Shown here in pieces: positions 16,316 through 45,338 of a stretch of 64,000 bases of DNA. The notes under the pieces are model-generated. The model did no database searches, was not told where the DNA came from, and saw nothing but the letters and a program-made list of their open reading frames with translations. Position 1 is the stretch's first letter. Each line of letters starts with the position of its first letter. Both the position numbers and the translations under genes were made by a program. The stretch lies in assembly GCA_002269645.1 (NCBI GenBank), contig NIVC01000267.1, positions 124,001 to 188,000 on the forward strand. Direction: 5' to 3'. This DNA is from Macrostomum lignano. Its lineage: Eukaryota.

Positions 16316-18838
16316 CTCTACCCCAAGACACCAAGGCTACACAATGGTATTGCTGGGTACCCCAGAAGCAAAGTCGAGTTTTGAGCTCCGAAGCAAGACT
16401 GATGACGCAAGGCCTACTAATAAATTTTGTTATTATTTGAGCACGTTCTGCCCCCATGGGGAGGAAAGATTTAACAATCCCGTTGGGAGACTTTGGCTAA
16501 TAAATGATGAAGAGTTGAAAATAATACACTGCAAGCAAACATCCCGGAAGCGGTCCAGTTATCTGGGTCAGGCTGGAGTCATCTTGACCAGCTTCCGGCA
16601 GTCTCGGTCGATTTTATCCAACTAATTAATTGCCTAATAATTCTGCCATTTTTTTCAAACAGGAAGTCGATTTAATTACTGGAGTAGAAAAATGGAGTCG
16701 AAAGAAAATGAAGCAGATGAGAGACTGAGGGAGATACCTGCTAAGCAGGCAGTTTCCGTTAACTAACCAGAGAAAAGGACTGCTAGGCTTTTGCTTGCAG
16801 CTCGTGCAGGAGAATGCGGGTTCCACATAAGTGAGTTGGGCTGGATTTTAAGGCATTGTTTTGCTTTACCAAGGCCTCTGTTTTGTTCTGGGATGACGAA
16901 CAAACTCCAGTGGATCTTCTGCTGGTTGCGGAAACCAGACTAAAGGCTGGCAAAACTCTTCCGCTACCAGCAGCAGCAGCCGAACTGTCAGACAACTTCA
17001 AGCCGAACCCGCACGCTACAAAAGCAAAAAGCATTAAAAAGTTGAGCCCTCATGTCGGCAGCGCCCTGATAATTTTCAGGTCCATTCTTAGTGTCTTTTT
17101 TGGTCTTCCCTGCTCTCGGCCAATGGTGAGAGGCCGATGGCGGTGGCAAGACGGAGGCTGGGAGGCTTCTCCATCAGGTCGGGGAGACGGGGAGGCGGGC
17201 GCGCAGCCAGTCAGGAGCGGGTGATAGCCTCCTCCCAAGATCTTCCCTGAACTGAGGAGGACCCTGAGGAGGGGGCTGTGTTATTATAAAACTGACAAGC
17301 CCCGGCGGACCCCATCGTTGTCAATTTGTATTTGCTACTAAGCTTCACTACGCAAGGCCTGAACTCGAAGTTCGGTAAGTCAACAAAAGCGTTTTAATAT
17401 TTTCCCGAATAAAATACCGCCCCATGTTCTACCAGCATTGAAGCATTGGGAGCAGGACACAGATATATTTGATTGTGACTCAAAAAATCAAAAATTAATA
17501 TTTCATATTTGAAGTTTCTTTTTTACTGCCTGAAAATTGTCCGAAAATTGGGGATCAGGGAGGCGTCAGTTCTTACTGAGCTCGGGGATGTTCGCATCCC
17601 AATCCTAAAATCCTCAGCGCCTGCCCAGGCGACTCAAGGGAACGCCGGTTTCTTTAAACCAGGGCCTCCGCGAAGTTTTCCGCGTTTATTGCTGAATGCC
17701 CCCCCTCCGCGCCTCGCAGGTGCAATAAAATTAATGATTATCAAAGTTGCAGGGGCAGCAGGAGACACGAGGTTGAGCAACCCCCGTCCCCACCCACCTG
17801 TGTCTCTCTCTGTTTCTGGTTGAACTCAGTTTTTAAAACTTAAAACGCGGCAGAACACCCGATGATGAGTCTGCTGATGAAGAGGTGCGGGCTGCTGCTA
17901 AGAAGGATGAGGGACAGAAACTGCTTAGGGCAGCAACACGCTGAATGAGAACCCGCTGTGCAACCCACGGAGCAACAGTCTGCCTGCCTGATCTGGGGCT
18001 GAGCTGAGCAAGGCTCTGGGAAGGCTCAGGACGCCGAGGGGATCTAACGGGGAGATGGTGGCGCTCTGAGGGGTGGGGCGCATAAAAATTTCATGAAAAT
18101 TTCCTAAAGCGCTCCGGTCATGGGGGGATGGCGATCTTGCCCGCCACCACAGAGGGAGGCTCCGCAACCATCTGAGCTGGCTTTTTTGTTTTGAAGATGC
18201 CCGCATAATTTTTGTCCACGACTGTCGCTCCCGCCAGACGGCCGGGGCTTTGCCTGCCTTCAGCTCCGCAACTCTGAGTGACTTTGGCCTCAGCTAAATT
18301 GCTTTCCTCCCGGCTGGGGGGGGGGATGAGGATCCTATCCATTTTGGGGATAATTGCTCCGTGCGCCCCCTTCGAACAATTTGGAGGAAGCGAATCATTA
18401 TCTTAAGCGGCCTGGTGGGGTAATTTCTTTCGAATAAGTTTCCATCGGCTTGAACCGCCAGTTGGCGGCAAAGTTGATGGAGAGAAACGACAGAGAAGCT
18501 GCTGCCTTCCCCTTGTAAAAATACAAGCCGGATCTTGACTCCTCCCCGGCCATCATCGATCCCAGATGAGCGACTTCCTGTTCCCAACCCCCTCCCCGCC
18601 GCCGGCTCCCGCAACCCTTCCAGTCGCCGCCAGTTTCTCCTAAAAACAAAACGAGACCCCCCAAAGCTTGTGGAGTTTCAAGTTTAGACAGCTCAGCGCC
18701 ACCCTCCCTTCTCCCCCGATTCGAAAGTTATTTCTGCTCCAAATCTGCTTTCTAACCTTCCGTGCAGGACTCGGATCGCACATCCGGAACTTGCTGGTCA
18801 GTATCGAGCGCCAACTCTGCAGTTCAACAGTCGTCGAG

Positions 18839-28071
<9,233 letters not shown>

Positions 28072-30131
28072 AAAGATTAAAAACATTGCTGCTTTTGCTC
28101 GATCTGTGACACTCAAAACTGATTTAGACTAGCTTTTTAATATCTTACTATTGATTAATTGATTATAGTTCACTGTCAAGCTTGTCAAGTCTAAAGCAGC
28201 ACTACACATGTATACCATAAAAAATAGAAGTTCTATGGATGAAATTGCATAGAAGGGGGCTCGTCTTTGACTTTGGCCCAAAAAATTTAAATAGGTGTGG
28301 ATAAAACGATTTTGTGTGTTCTAATAATGTGCTTTATTATTGCATGAAGAGGTCAGGTGTTGTCTGCTAAATCTCTCTGTTACCGCAATGCCCCATACTC
28401 ATTCCTTATACAATTACAGGTACGTGTGTCCAATTGATTTATATAACCTTTTGTAAATAACTCCTTCACAAATAAGTCGAATTTTGTGCGCTATTGATAA
28501 AAGGACAGTATACATAGTTAACTCTTTTGCTGTCTGCTTTCGCAATAATATTGAATTTAGATGCAGAAGCAAGTTAAGATGAACTCTTCAGAAAATTTCA
28601 GAAAATGAACATTGAGAGATGCGTAGGCTCCCGTCTAATCGTAATCCATTATACTAAAATCTAATTTGATAATCTGAATTTAACAAAAATGCACAAAAAA
28701 TATACAGTTTGGTATTGCAAGTCTGCATCATTACGGTAATACTAGTTAATGGACTTTATGCAATTTCATTTGTGTTTAATCTTTTGAATTTATGAGCCGT
28801 GATAGAATAAAAAGTAGGAAAATGTCTGTTGTGCTACTGGTCAGTAGACTAGTAGGCAGTTAATTTTTTTATCGTCTGCGTTAGGACAAGTTCAGCGTGA
28901 ACAATTGAAGGTCTTTATAAAATTCTGATCCAACAACGGTTATAGGCTCGAAACAAGCTCGAAACGTCGTAGACAGTAAGTAAACTTCCTAAATTCGAAA
29001 CTTCACGTGCTTGAAATTTCACAAACTCGAATATTCAGAACTTTACTCCAGCATACCTACCTATACACATACCATGAAACACATGCACTACACATAGCTA
29101 CTGTAATAAAAATTATTGCAAAAATGAAGATCCGTACTGGCCAGTATGTTCATATATTGCTAATAATCCTTTCTTAGCTTCCAGTTTACAGCTGTGTCCA
29201 TTTAAACATGAATTCAAACTAGAAATTATTAATTGGTTGTCTCCTACTTGCTTCTAACATTCTGATTATTTGTTTTATTAAACTAAAGTAAACAATGCTC
29301 TTCTACTAAAAATATCGCTGCTACAATGAAATGCCCTTTGATTATTTTAGGTTATTGCGTTCCGTAGTTGTTTTTTGTTTGCTTTAAATCCTTTGAACCG
29401 CATGCAAGCATGCAAGCCAAAGAAGCGCCTTTCAAGATTTTTTAAAAGAACGACAGTCAGGACAGTGCAAAATGGGTGTGGTCGTGCTAATACTGTATCG
29501 TTAGAAGATCATTTCGTGCGTCTTGGTAGGAAGGACCTCCTCTACAGAAGCCTTATTCATTGTAAAATGTAAAAAAGCAAAGCTCAGGGCAAATGTGTGA
29601 CGCTGACACGCATAAACTGCGTGACACAGTACAGTATGAGTGGAGCAAGTTGTATGAAAATAGACACGACAAGCCCCCAAACCCCCAAGGCAAGGCCATT
29701 TGGTAAAATTCAGCTAGTGTTGTATTGGCCGAGCCCCAAGGCCATTAGCTTTGGCTATGAACATTCCCAACCCCTCCCCCTAGTCTGGACTGTACAATCT
29801 ATTGGGGGTATAGGAGTAAACTGTACACTAGCTTAACCTCTGCTATCTCTAGAGTACAGGGCTTGGAATTGCTTCACACCCCAAAACCTCCAAACGAACA
29901 AATATAAGTGCAAACACAGGCCGAACTGGAAGAACCCAGGACAAGAGCTATAGCTGGGCCTAGGGTCCTAGGGCAAACTGAAAAAGAAAAAACGATAAGG
30001 CTTGTTTGAAGTCCAACAAGTCGTGCAAAAAGCAACTAGGGGAAAAACAAGCTAAAAATCATTCTGTTCCTTCTTATTTTCAAGACTATTAGATTAAATA
30101 GTATTGAATTGAATGGGAAGCAGCCACCATC

Positions 30132-37478
<7,347 letters not shown>

Positions 37479-38684
37479 CCTGACCTGACCTGACCTGCGG
37501 CAGGCAAGTTTCCGCAGCGTTTCTGAGAAATGACGTCACTGTTTTTTTCGGTCTTTGTAGAGGATGACATCATCGTGTACTCTAAAAATAATTTGGTGAC
37601 GTCATTCCCGCAGACGTTAATTGTTTTCCCTGTAATATTTCAATTTTCTCTGATGCTAGGCAGGCATGGTTCGTTGAAGAGTCAAATTTTAGTCTCTGAT
37701 TATTTTTAATATAAGCTTGTATATATTTATTTGAGTTCAAATCAATTTTCACTGAGTCAGTTGCTAATTTAGTCCCGAAAATACGTTTAAGTGTGCCCCG
37801 CTTTTAAGTGTGTATTTATTTTATTATTAAACTTGGGCTTTATAGTTGTATGTTTTCTGTATTAGTCGCCTAATGCGCTTTTAACTATGCTTATGTACGC
37901 TGTCTGTCTTATAAAGAGAACGTTTATTAATTGTGTTTATTAATTTATTTATTCGAAATGCTTTGCTCTTGACAAAGTCCAAGCCAGTCAAACTTTATTA
38001 TCATCATTATTTATCAACTTCTGCTTCTTCCGCTTCTACCGCCAATTTCGTTTGATGCTGTCAGTTTTTTTATTCATCCTTGTTTTTTTCCAAAGTAATT
38101 TGTTTTATTATATTTAAAGTCCGATATAACCTGTCTATCCTACTTATTAGTAGCATATAAAATTTACACGTCTTTTTTTCCAAGTAGTTTTTGGTGTCCC
38201 AATATGATTAATGAACTTCCTTATATCAGAGTTTGCTCTCTCTCTCTCAGGATTTAATAATTCTTTAGCTGCTAGGAGTTTCTCTTCTCATAATTAATTC
38301 TCACATTTTCAACTGAAAGTCTGCAAATTTATTAATAACTGTCTTCTTTTCTCGCGTCTTTCACAATTTTCTTATAAATCGTTTTGCTGCTAATATTTTG
38401 CTTAAAATATCCTATTTTTGTCCTCACGGAATCGATTATTAAAGGGCCGTTGATGGCCAGTTACGCACCAAGTGTTTGTAAATAGCCTTACCTGTTATTA
38501 ATGTCACAGAGCCAGCCAGCTTAACTGAACAGCAAAGACAACGAGAGAACGGAAAGATTTGACAATGCTGCGCATTGGAATGCAATAAAGAGCTTAGCAA
38601 TAAGTCCCCTGTTGTAATGGCTTATCCTGTCGAATTTAAAGTCATTTATAGTAGCTGCGCTATTTTTTGCTTTAATTGCCTCTC

Positions 38685-41114
38685 CAACTTGCCTCTCCAT
38701 TGGAGAGGCTAATGGAGAGGCTAATTGCCTCTCCATTGTCGGCCAACACCCGCTTCCGCAAGCCACTGAGCGGTCTCGCAACCTTCGTGGGCTGCAAGCG
38801 GAGGCGACGGAACGCGCGTGGCAGGAACGCAACCCGGAGACAAGCACAGCTCGACCACGTGCTCGTGCGTTTCCGTGAGCGTCGTCGCGCCGTCAACTGC
38901 CGCACCATCACGCCGCTGGCTCTGCGGTCCGATCACCGGCTCCTCATCTGCGACCTCAACCTTCGCGATCCGCTCTACCGTCCGCCGAAGCGGCCACCGC
39001 GGCGCTACTACCGCGCGCTCAGAGCCACCGATACGCAGCGTCGCTTTGCTAGCGCCTTTAACACCGCGCTGGGCGACAAGCGTGGAAGTGCCGAGTATGC
39101 GGAAGTGTGCGCTGCAATCAGAACCGCCGCGGAGCAAGCAGTCCCGATGATGCAGCCGGCTCAACGTGGGCAGCCGGTCTGGCAGGACGACCCCGCGATT
39201 CAGGCAGCGAGGGAAGATCTGGAGAAGCTCCGCTTGAGCAGGCGACCAACCCGCGAGGCAGAGGCAGCTCTGGCAGCTGTCTACCTGCAGCGCCAACAAG
39301 CGGCTGTCGATGACGCCATTCAGGCTGTCTCTGCCGCTGGGCCCGATGCCAGAGGGCGCGTGGCCTGGTCCGCCATCAACGCTCTGACGGGACGAAAGCG
39401 GCGCAATCCGCTGAACCTGGCTGGTGACACGCCGGACGAGCGTAGGAACGAGCTGCGCGAGTTCTTCGCCGCCATCGTCAACGCGCCGCCACCCCCGCTG
39501 CCAGACAGTCTGACGCTGCCGCCGGAGACGCCGCTGCCGGCAGAGGAGAGTTTCAGCGTAGCCCCAGTCAACGCAGCCGACGTTGTCAAGCTCGCCCAGC
39601 AGTCACCGGGCGGGAAAGCGCTGGGTCCGGACGAGGTGCCCATCGAGGCGCTGCGCATCCCCTGTGTGGCCGCTGAGGTCGCCAGAGTGATGAACCGCGT
39701 GCTCTTCGGTGAGGCGGCGCCCAACGAATGGACCACGGCGCACATCGTCGCTGTTCCAAAGAAGCCGGGCACCACTAGGCTTGAAGACCATCGAGGCATC
39801 TGCCTTCAGTCCTGTGCAGCGAAGCTGTTCAACCGGATGCTGCTTTCGCGGTTGCAGCCCGTGCTGGATCCGTACCTGCGCCCAGAGCAGAACGGGTTCC
39901 GGCCCCATCGCGGCACAGTGGCGCAGATCCTGGCTCTTCGCCGAGTCATCGAGGAGGCGCGGATTCGTCAGTCGATACTGATTTTAATCTTTATTGATTT
40001 CAAGAAGGCATTCGACTCGGTTGTCAGAGCCGTGCTTCCAATGGTGCTCCGCGCGTACAACGTGCCTGAGCAGCTGATCTCCGCCGTCATGGCGATGTAC
40101 CGTGATACGACAGCTGCTGTGACAACACCGGACGGCCTATCGGACTCCTTTGAGACATCCTCCGGAGTGCTTCAGGGAGATACGCTGGCGCCGTTTCTGT
40201 TCGTCCTGGTGCTTGACTGGGTGCTGCGGACTGCTCTTCCTACCGACGACGACGGTTTTCTGCTGCAGCGACGCGTGGGTCGACGTCAACCGGAGAAGCG
40301 GCTCAGCGTGCTTGGCTACGCCGACGACCTCGCCCTGCTGTCCTCGACCGTCGAGGGCGCCCAACGGCAGCTGGACAGGCTGGTTGCCGTTGCGGCGAGT
40401 GTCGGCCTGGTGGTCAACACGCAGAAGACCGTTGTGCTCTGCGTGCCGGACGACATCGAGGCTGCAATATTTTGCCGAGGCGCTGACGGGCAGGCGACCG
40501 AACTCCCGCGATGTCAGCAGTTCGTCTACCTCGGCGGTCTGGTTCCAGACGCTCGCGAGGACCTGCGACGCCGCCGCGGGCTTGCCTGGGCTGCCTTTCG
40601 TTCTGTGAGGGCAGTCCTGCAGTCCGAGGCCCTACCGGACCGCCAGAGGGCGGCGCTGTTCCAGGCGGTAATCGAGACCGTCCTGCTGTACAACGCCGAG
40701 ACCTGGACGCTGACGGACTCACTCGAACAGCAAGTCGATGCGGCGCACGCTGGTCTGCTGCGCGCCGCCTTCAACATCGGCGTCGAGCGAGTCACCAACG
40801 CGGCACTCTATCGCCGCGCTGGCCTGCCACGTCCAAGTGATCTACTGCGCCGTCGGCGACTCCAGCTCGCAGGCCATCTCATCCGCGCCGAGTCGTACTG
40901 CCCACAGCCGGTGCAGGAGGTGCTGCTGCTCACGCTGCAGGCACCCTACCGGCGAGGTCAAGCGCGAACTCGGCGTTATGTCGACTGTCTGCTGGCTGAC
41001 GCCGGCGCCCCGGACACTGCCGGTGGCGCGGCCTTTGTTCGCGCCCAAGCCATGAAGCGCGCCCTGTGACGCTGACTTTTACCATCATGACAGCGTATTT
41101 TGTTGTTGTTGTTG
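38685..41114 (+). mobile_element. 5'-truncated non-LTR retrotransposon, RTE-like clade
   Basis: Uninterrupted ORF to 41069 with the tail of an APE endonuclease (ANTRFRK..., QLDHVLV, LRSDHRLL), an RT domain (EQNGFRP, FIDFKKAFDSV, GVLQGDTLAPFLF, YADD) and VLLYNAETWTLT. Very short 3' UTR ending in (TTG)n. TTGCCTCTC is present at 38676..38684 and 41115..41123 as a candidate TSD. Confidence 0.92.
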
Positions 41115-42152
41115 TTGCCTCTCGCATATGACAGTTTTTCGCAAGTCGGCATCCCGTGGTCCAGCCCAGTTTCTACCGGTATCTGCTTGTCGCTTTCGAT
41201 TGTATGCTGTTACTTTTGAAATCCTTAAGTAAATTATAATTGAAATAAATGTTTGATATATTCCAAGTTAACAAAATGAGTTATAATTATATGATGCATG
41301 ATCCAAAACTGCTACTGTCAAGGAATTAGCTTTATTAAAGAATTATTTCCCTTTTTCATTAACAAGTCTGATTCACTTAGGGAAACCACAAAAAAAGCCT
41401 TTCACTTTTTCAGAAGAAAACAGCGGCTGGTATTGATAAATAGCTAAGTAAAATTCCTTAAGCTATTGTAAGTGAATTTTTCCTGTTTATTCTTAGCTGT
41501 AATGGCAACCATTGCAGCATTTGCACATGTAACTAGATGATATACATGTTACATAATAGCTTCGATGCAAAACGGTTTCTAATTTGAAACATTGATGACC
41601 TAAATCGGACATACGTGTACACATCTATTGAGTTTGTGCTGTAGCTCTTTAGGTCCTCAAATAGCGAAGCCTAAAAGTCGCAACAGCACACAAATAATAA
41701 GTTTTTTGACAGTTTTTATACGGTTTTTAAAACTACTATATACTTTTGAGTTTGAATTCAGATTTTGTTCTTAAAAAATTGTTAAGCTACTTACGCTTCT
41801 ATCGCAGGATTTTAAGACAGTTTTTTCTTAGAATATCTTCTAATGCGACAACATCCTGATGTAAACCAGCTACCTGACCTTGGTGAAGTGACCAGTGACC
41901 TACTTAAGCAACTAAGTTCTGATAGAATAATTTATTGCTTGGTTGACTATACATCCAATGGCAACAACAACCCTGTCTGTCTGTCACTGCTAGTATAACC
42001 TAGTTCTTTGTGCAGTGGCTGTTTCAGAACTTAATTAATTTAATTGGTTGGTATTTTTATAGATTAAAAGCGTAACTGTTATGCCCAGTTATTAAAAAGC
42101 AAAGCATAGGAGCAATTGTTACAGAGCTGCTTATTAATTATCTGCTTTTAAA

Positions 42153-45100
42153 ATGCATTTGTTCATAAAAAATATTTGTAGCATGTATTTATTTTTTATT
42201 GTCAATAGCTGCTTGACTGTGGAGGCATCATTTCAAGGTAAATATAGCATTTTATTACCATGCAATGTCTTTACTTATATAAAAAACTAAATATATTTGT
42301 TCTAAGGCCAAGGGCAGTAGCCTATATCAAGGACAAGGCCAAATGATATCTAACACTATAAAAGGAATGCTAACAGTCAATACAATAGAATCATCACTAA
42401 CATCCAAAACATAGGATTTTCCTAGAAAATATTTACTATTGCATCTTTGGTTTTTTCATACCTTTCAAATTCAATTTGTGCCATTGTGGTATATAATATT
42501 TTAATTTTGTCTTTATTATAAAGGAGTAATTTTTTAATATCTTATTCTATTATTAAAATTTATGTGAGCTTAAGTAATACTATAGTCCAGATCATGCTGG
42601 GTGCATGCCCAAACAAAAATTGAATAATTACAAATGCACCCCAAAAAATGGAGTGCACACCCATTCTCAAAACTATGCTGGTGTTGTGACAATAAATGAC
42701 CTTTTTATGTTGTGACAATGATTGAACTATTTTGAATAGCATAATAAATTTAAAAAATTCAAGATAATTTAATTGATTTTTATGCTTTTTTTGGCAATAC
42801 TATTTATAGCAGAAAATCAATACACGTACAAAGATTTATTTAAATGCTTAAATACAAAGTTTAAAAAATATAGAAAGCTTGAAATTTACACTTAAAAATT
42901 AATGATTTTCATCTTTTTCTATTTCACAATAACTTTGCTGTGTGATTTTATAAAGTGCATGTCAGGTGTGTACTGTGTAAGCATATTATTTTTAGGAGTG
43001 GTGCATACCAACTGTGTATATCTACTTTTAGCCTATAAGACCAATGTATGCATATATTCTTTTTGGGTATATACTGTATGATCTAGAATATAGAAACAAT
43101 ACCATAGTCTCATGAATGCACTGGCCATATGGGAACATTTTTTGGCTGCGTATGGCACATAGCTAGCAATTATGCTATACACGCGGGCCTGTAAGGTGTT
43201 GCAACAATTAAGGACCTTTTTGCTTTTTTGACTATTATATGCACTTATATATATGCGCAACCTTGGGATTAACCTGGCCATTTCTATTGGCAATACACAT
43301 GCAGGTTGCTATTGGCTAAGAGCAGTCACATGACTACTATTCTGTCTAATAGCGACTTACATGTGTGTGTTGCCAATAGAAATGGCTGGGTGAATCCCAA
43401 GATTGCTCCCAAGCATGTGCACTTAGTGCACTCTTGATTGTCTTGTACTGCATTGCTGCATGCGGCAAGCTGACGTTGCGTAGCAATATACAATTTGCTA
43501 TGTGCACTCTGCGCGGGGCTATATATTGGTAGAAATTGGGTAGTGTAGCTCGCTTAGCTAGTAAAAGGAAAATGAATCTGAAAATCAACATTGTGTAAGT
43601 AACAACGCGTTTTGGACTCCTAGGTGCATCTTCAGGTTTATTTTTTGATTTTTTGATTTTTTGACCTACAACCAACTCCATATATTTATTCGCAAAACCT
43701 GTTCAATTTCGTTGTTGAAAAAATAAACCTGAAGATACACCTAGGAGTGCGAAATGCGTCGTTACTTACACAATGTTGATTTTCGGATTCATTTTCCTAT
43801 ATGTTGGTGAAAATGGCTCTACACTGCACATAGATATCAAAGGTCTAGCCAGGTAGAAATTTCACCAAAAAAGGCATGCATAAAACTATGGAAGCAATAG
43901 GCCTATAGCTCAAAATTTTTAATTCTGAAATTGTAAACAGTTTTGTAAAACTGTTTACAAGTCTTACAAGTTAACAGTCTTAAAAAGTTTAGTCAATTGT
44001 CAAAAGTTAATGTGTAATATATGTATATTTTAAGCTAAAAAGTATAATGTTATCATCATGATAATATTTATATATAAATAATACCTTATTAGTAAGAATA
44101 AGGGTCTATGCAGATAGTATCCTATATAGATAAAGAAATAAATTATGTACTTATGTATTTAAACATGTTTAAAATCTTTAGATTAAGAAATTATCAAATT
44201 AAAATTGCTTAAAAGTCTAATTCTACTATTTAAAAAGCATAGTATAGAGATCTTTTGGCAGAACATATGGACATGATTACCAGGGGCATAGACAGGAATT
44301 TCTCACAGGGGGTACAGGGATATGAGTAGCTGCTGCTACTTGTACTTGCTGGCCTAATGGGCAGTTCACAGGAAAATTAAGCGCCATAAATCAATTTCTT
44401 ACACCCACCAACCAGGCCCACAGGGGGGGGATATCTCCCCATATCCCCCCTTGCTTACACCACTGATGATTACATGGTTATAGTTATTTATATTTGCCAT
44501 GTTTTTTTCCTATATCAAGGAAAATTGGCCATTAATAAATGAAACCTAGAAGACTATTAGAGCTATTGTTTTTATGGGTAAGTTAGAGCAATAGATATGA
44601 AGAATATCACTAGTTAGTAAAGCTTTTGTGAGATAAACCCCTAAGTTGCTAAGGTTAGAAACTCAAGCAATATATTTTTATGCCATAAAACAATAATAAT
44701 GACAATAGCCAAGACCAAGACTAATCTAAAACTGGCTTTACTGGTTAATAAATTACATAAAAATCTAAAAAATCTTAGTAAAAAAGCTTGTCAAACTCAA
44801 TAAACTTCACTTTAAATATAAGTAAACAAAATACTTTTTTGTTGCTTGGTATATCAGAGCAGTTTACTTAATGACCATTTAGTTAATTTAAACAAAAATT
44901 TTAATAAAATTCATTTCCTAAGTCTTTTAATTTGCTATTTAAGGTTGCCAAAAATTGACAAAAGTTTTCATAAATATTCTGTTCTATATATGAAATAGTG
45001 AACATATGATATATGATATAGTGAATACTGAATTATGAAATATGAATTTACCACGCCTGCCCACCTGCAGACAACTTGCGCAGCCAGCTCACCTCCTATG

Positions 45101-45284
45101 AGTTGCTGGATCCAGCCAAAATTATTTCTAAACGAAGCCTGGCAGAGGACGACATCCAGCAATTGCATATTGTTGCATTTAATAGGCAGGTGTTATATTT
45201 CTATGAAAGTTTTCTACTCTGCCGAGGCCACAAATTGTGCCCTGACTCGACTCCCTCCAAATCCAAATCCAAAGCTCCAGTCAC

Positions 45285-45338
<54 letters not shown>

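Noticed and set aside
28925-28975. Second hammerhead suggested by CTCGAAACGTCG
   Set aside because: No upstream CTGANGA core at a suitable distance (the nearest is CTGATCC).
38676-41069. 797 aa ORF as a cellular or bacterial (retron, group II, defence) reverse transcriptase
   Set aside because: The APE endonuclease remnant, RTE-type C-terminal motif, simple-repeat tail and TSD identify a non-LTR retrotransposon.
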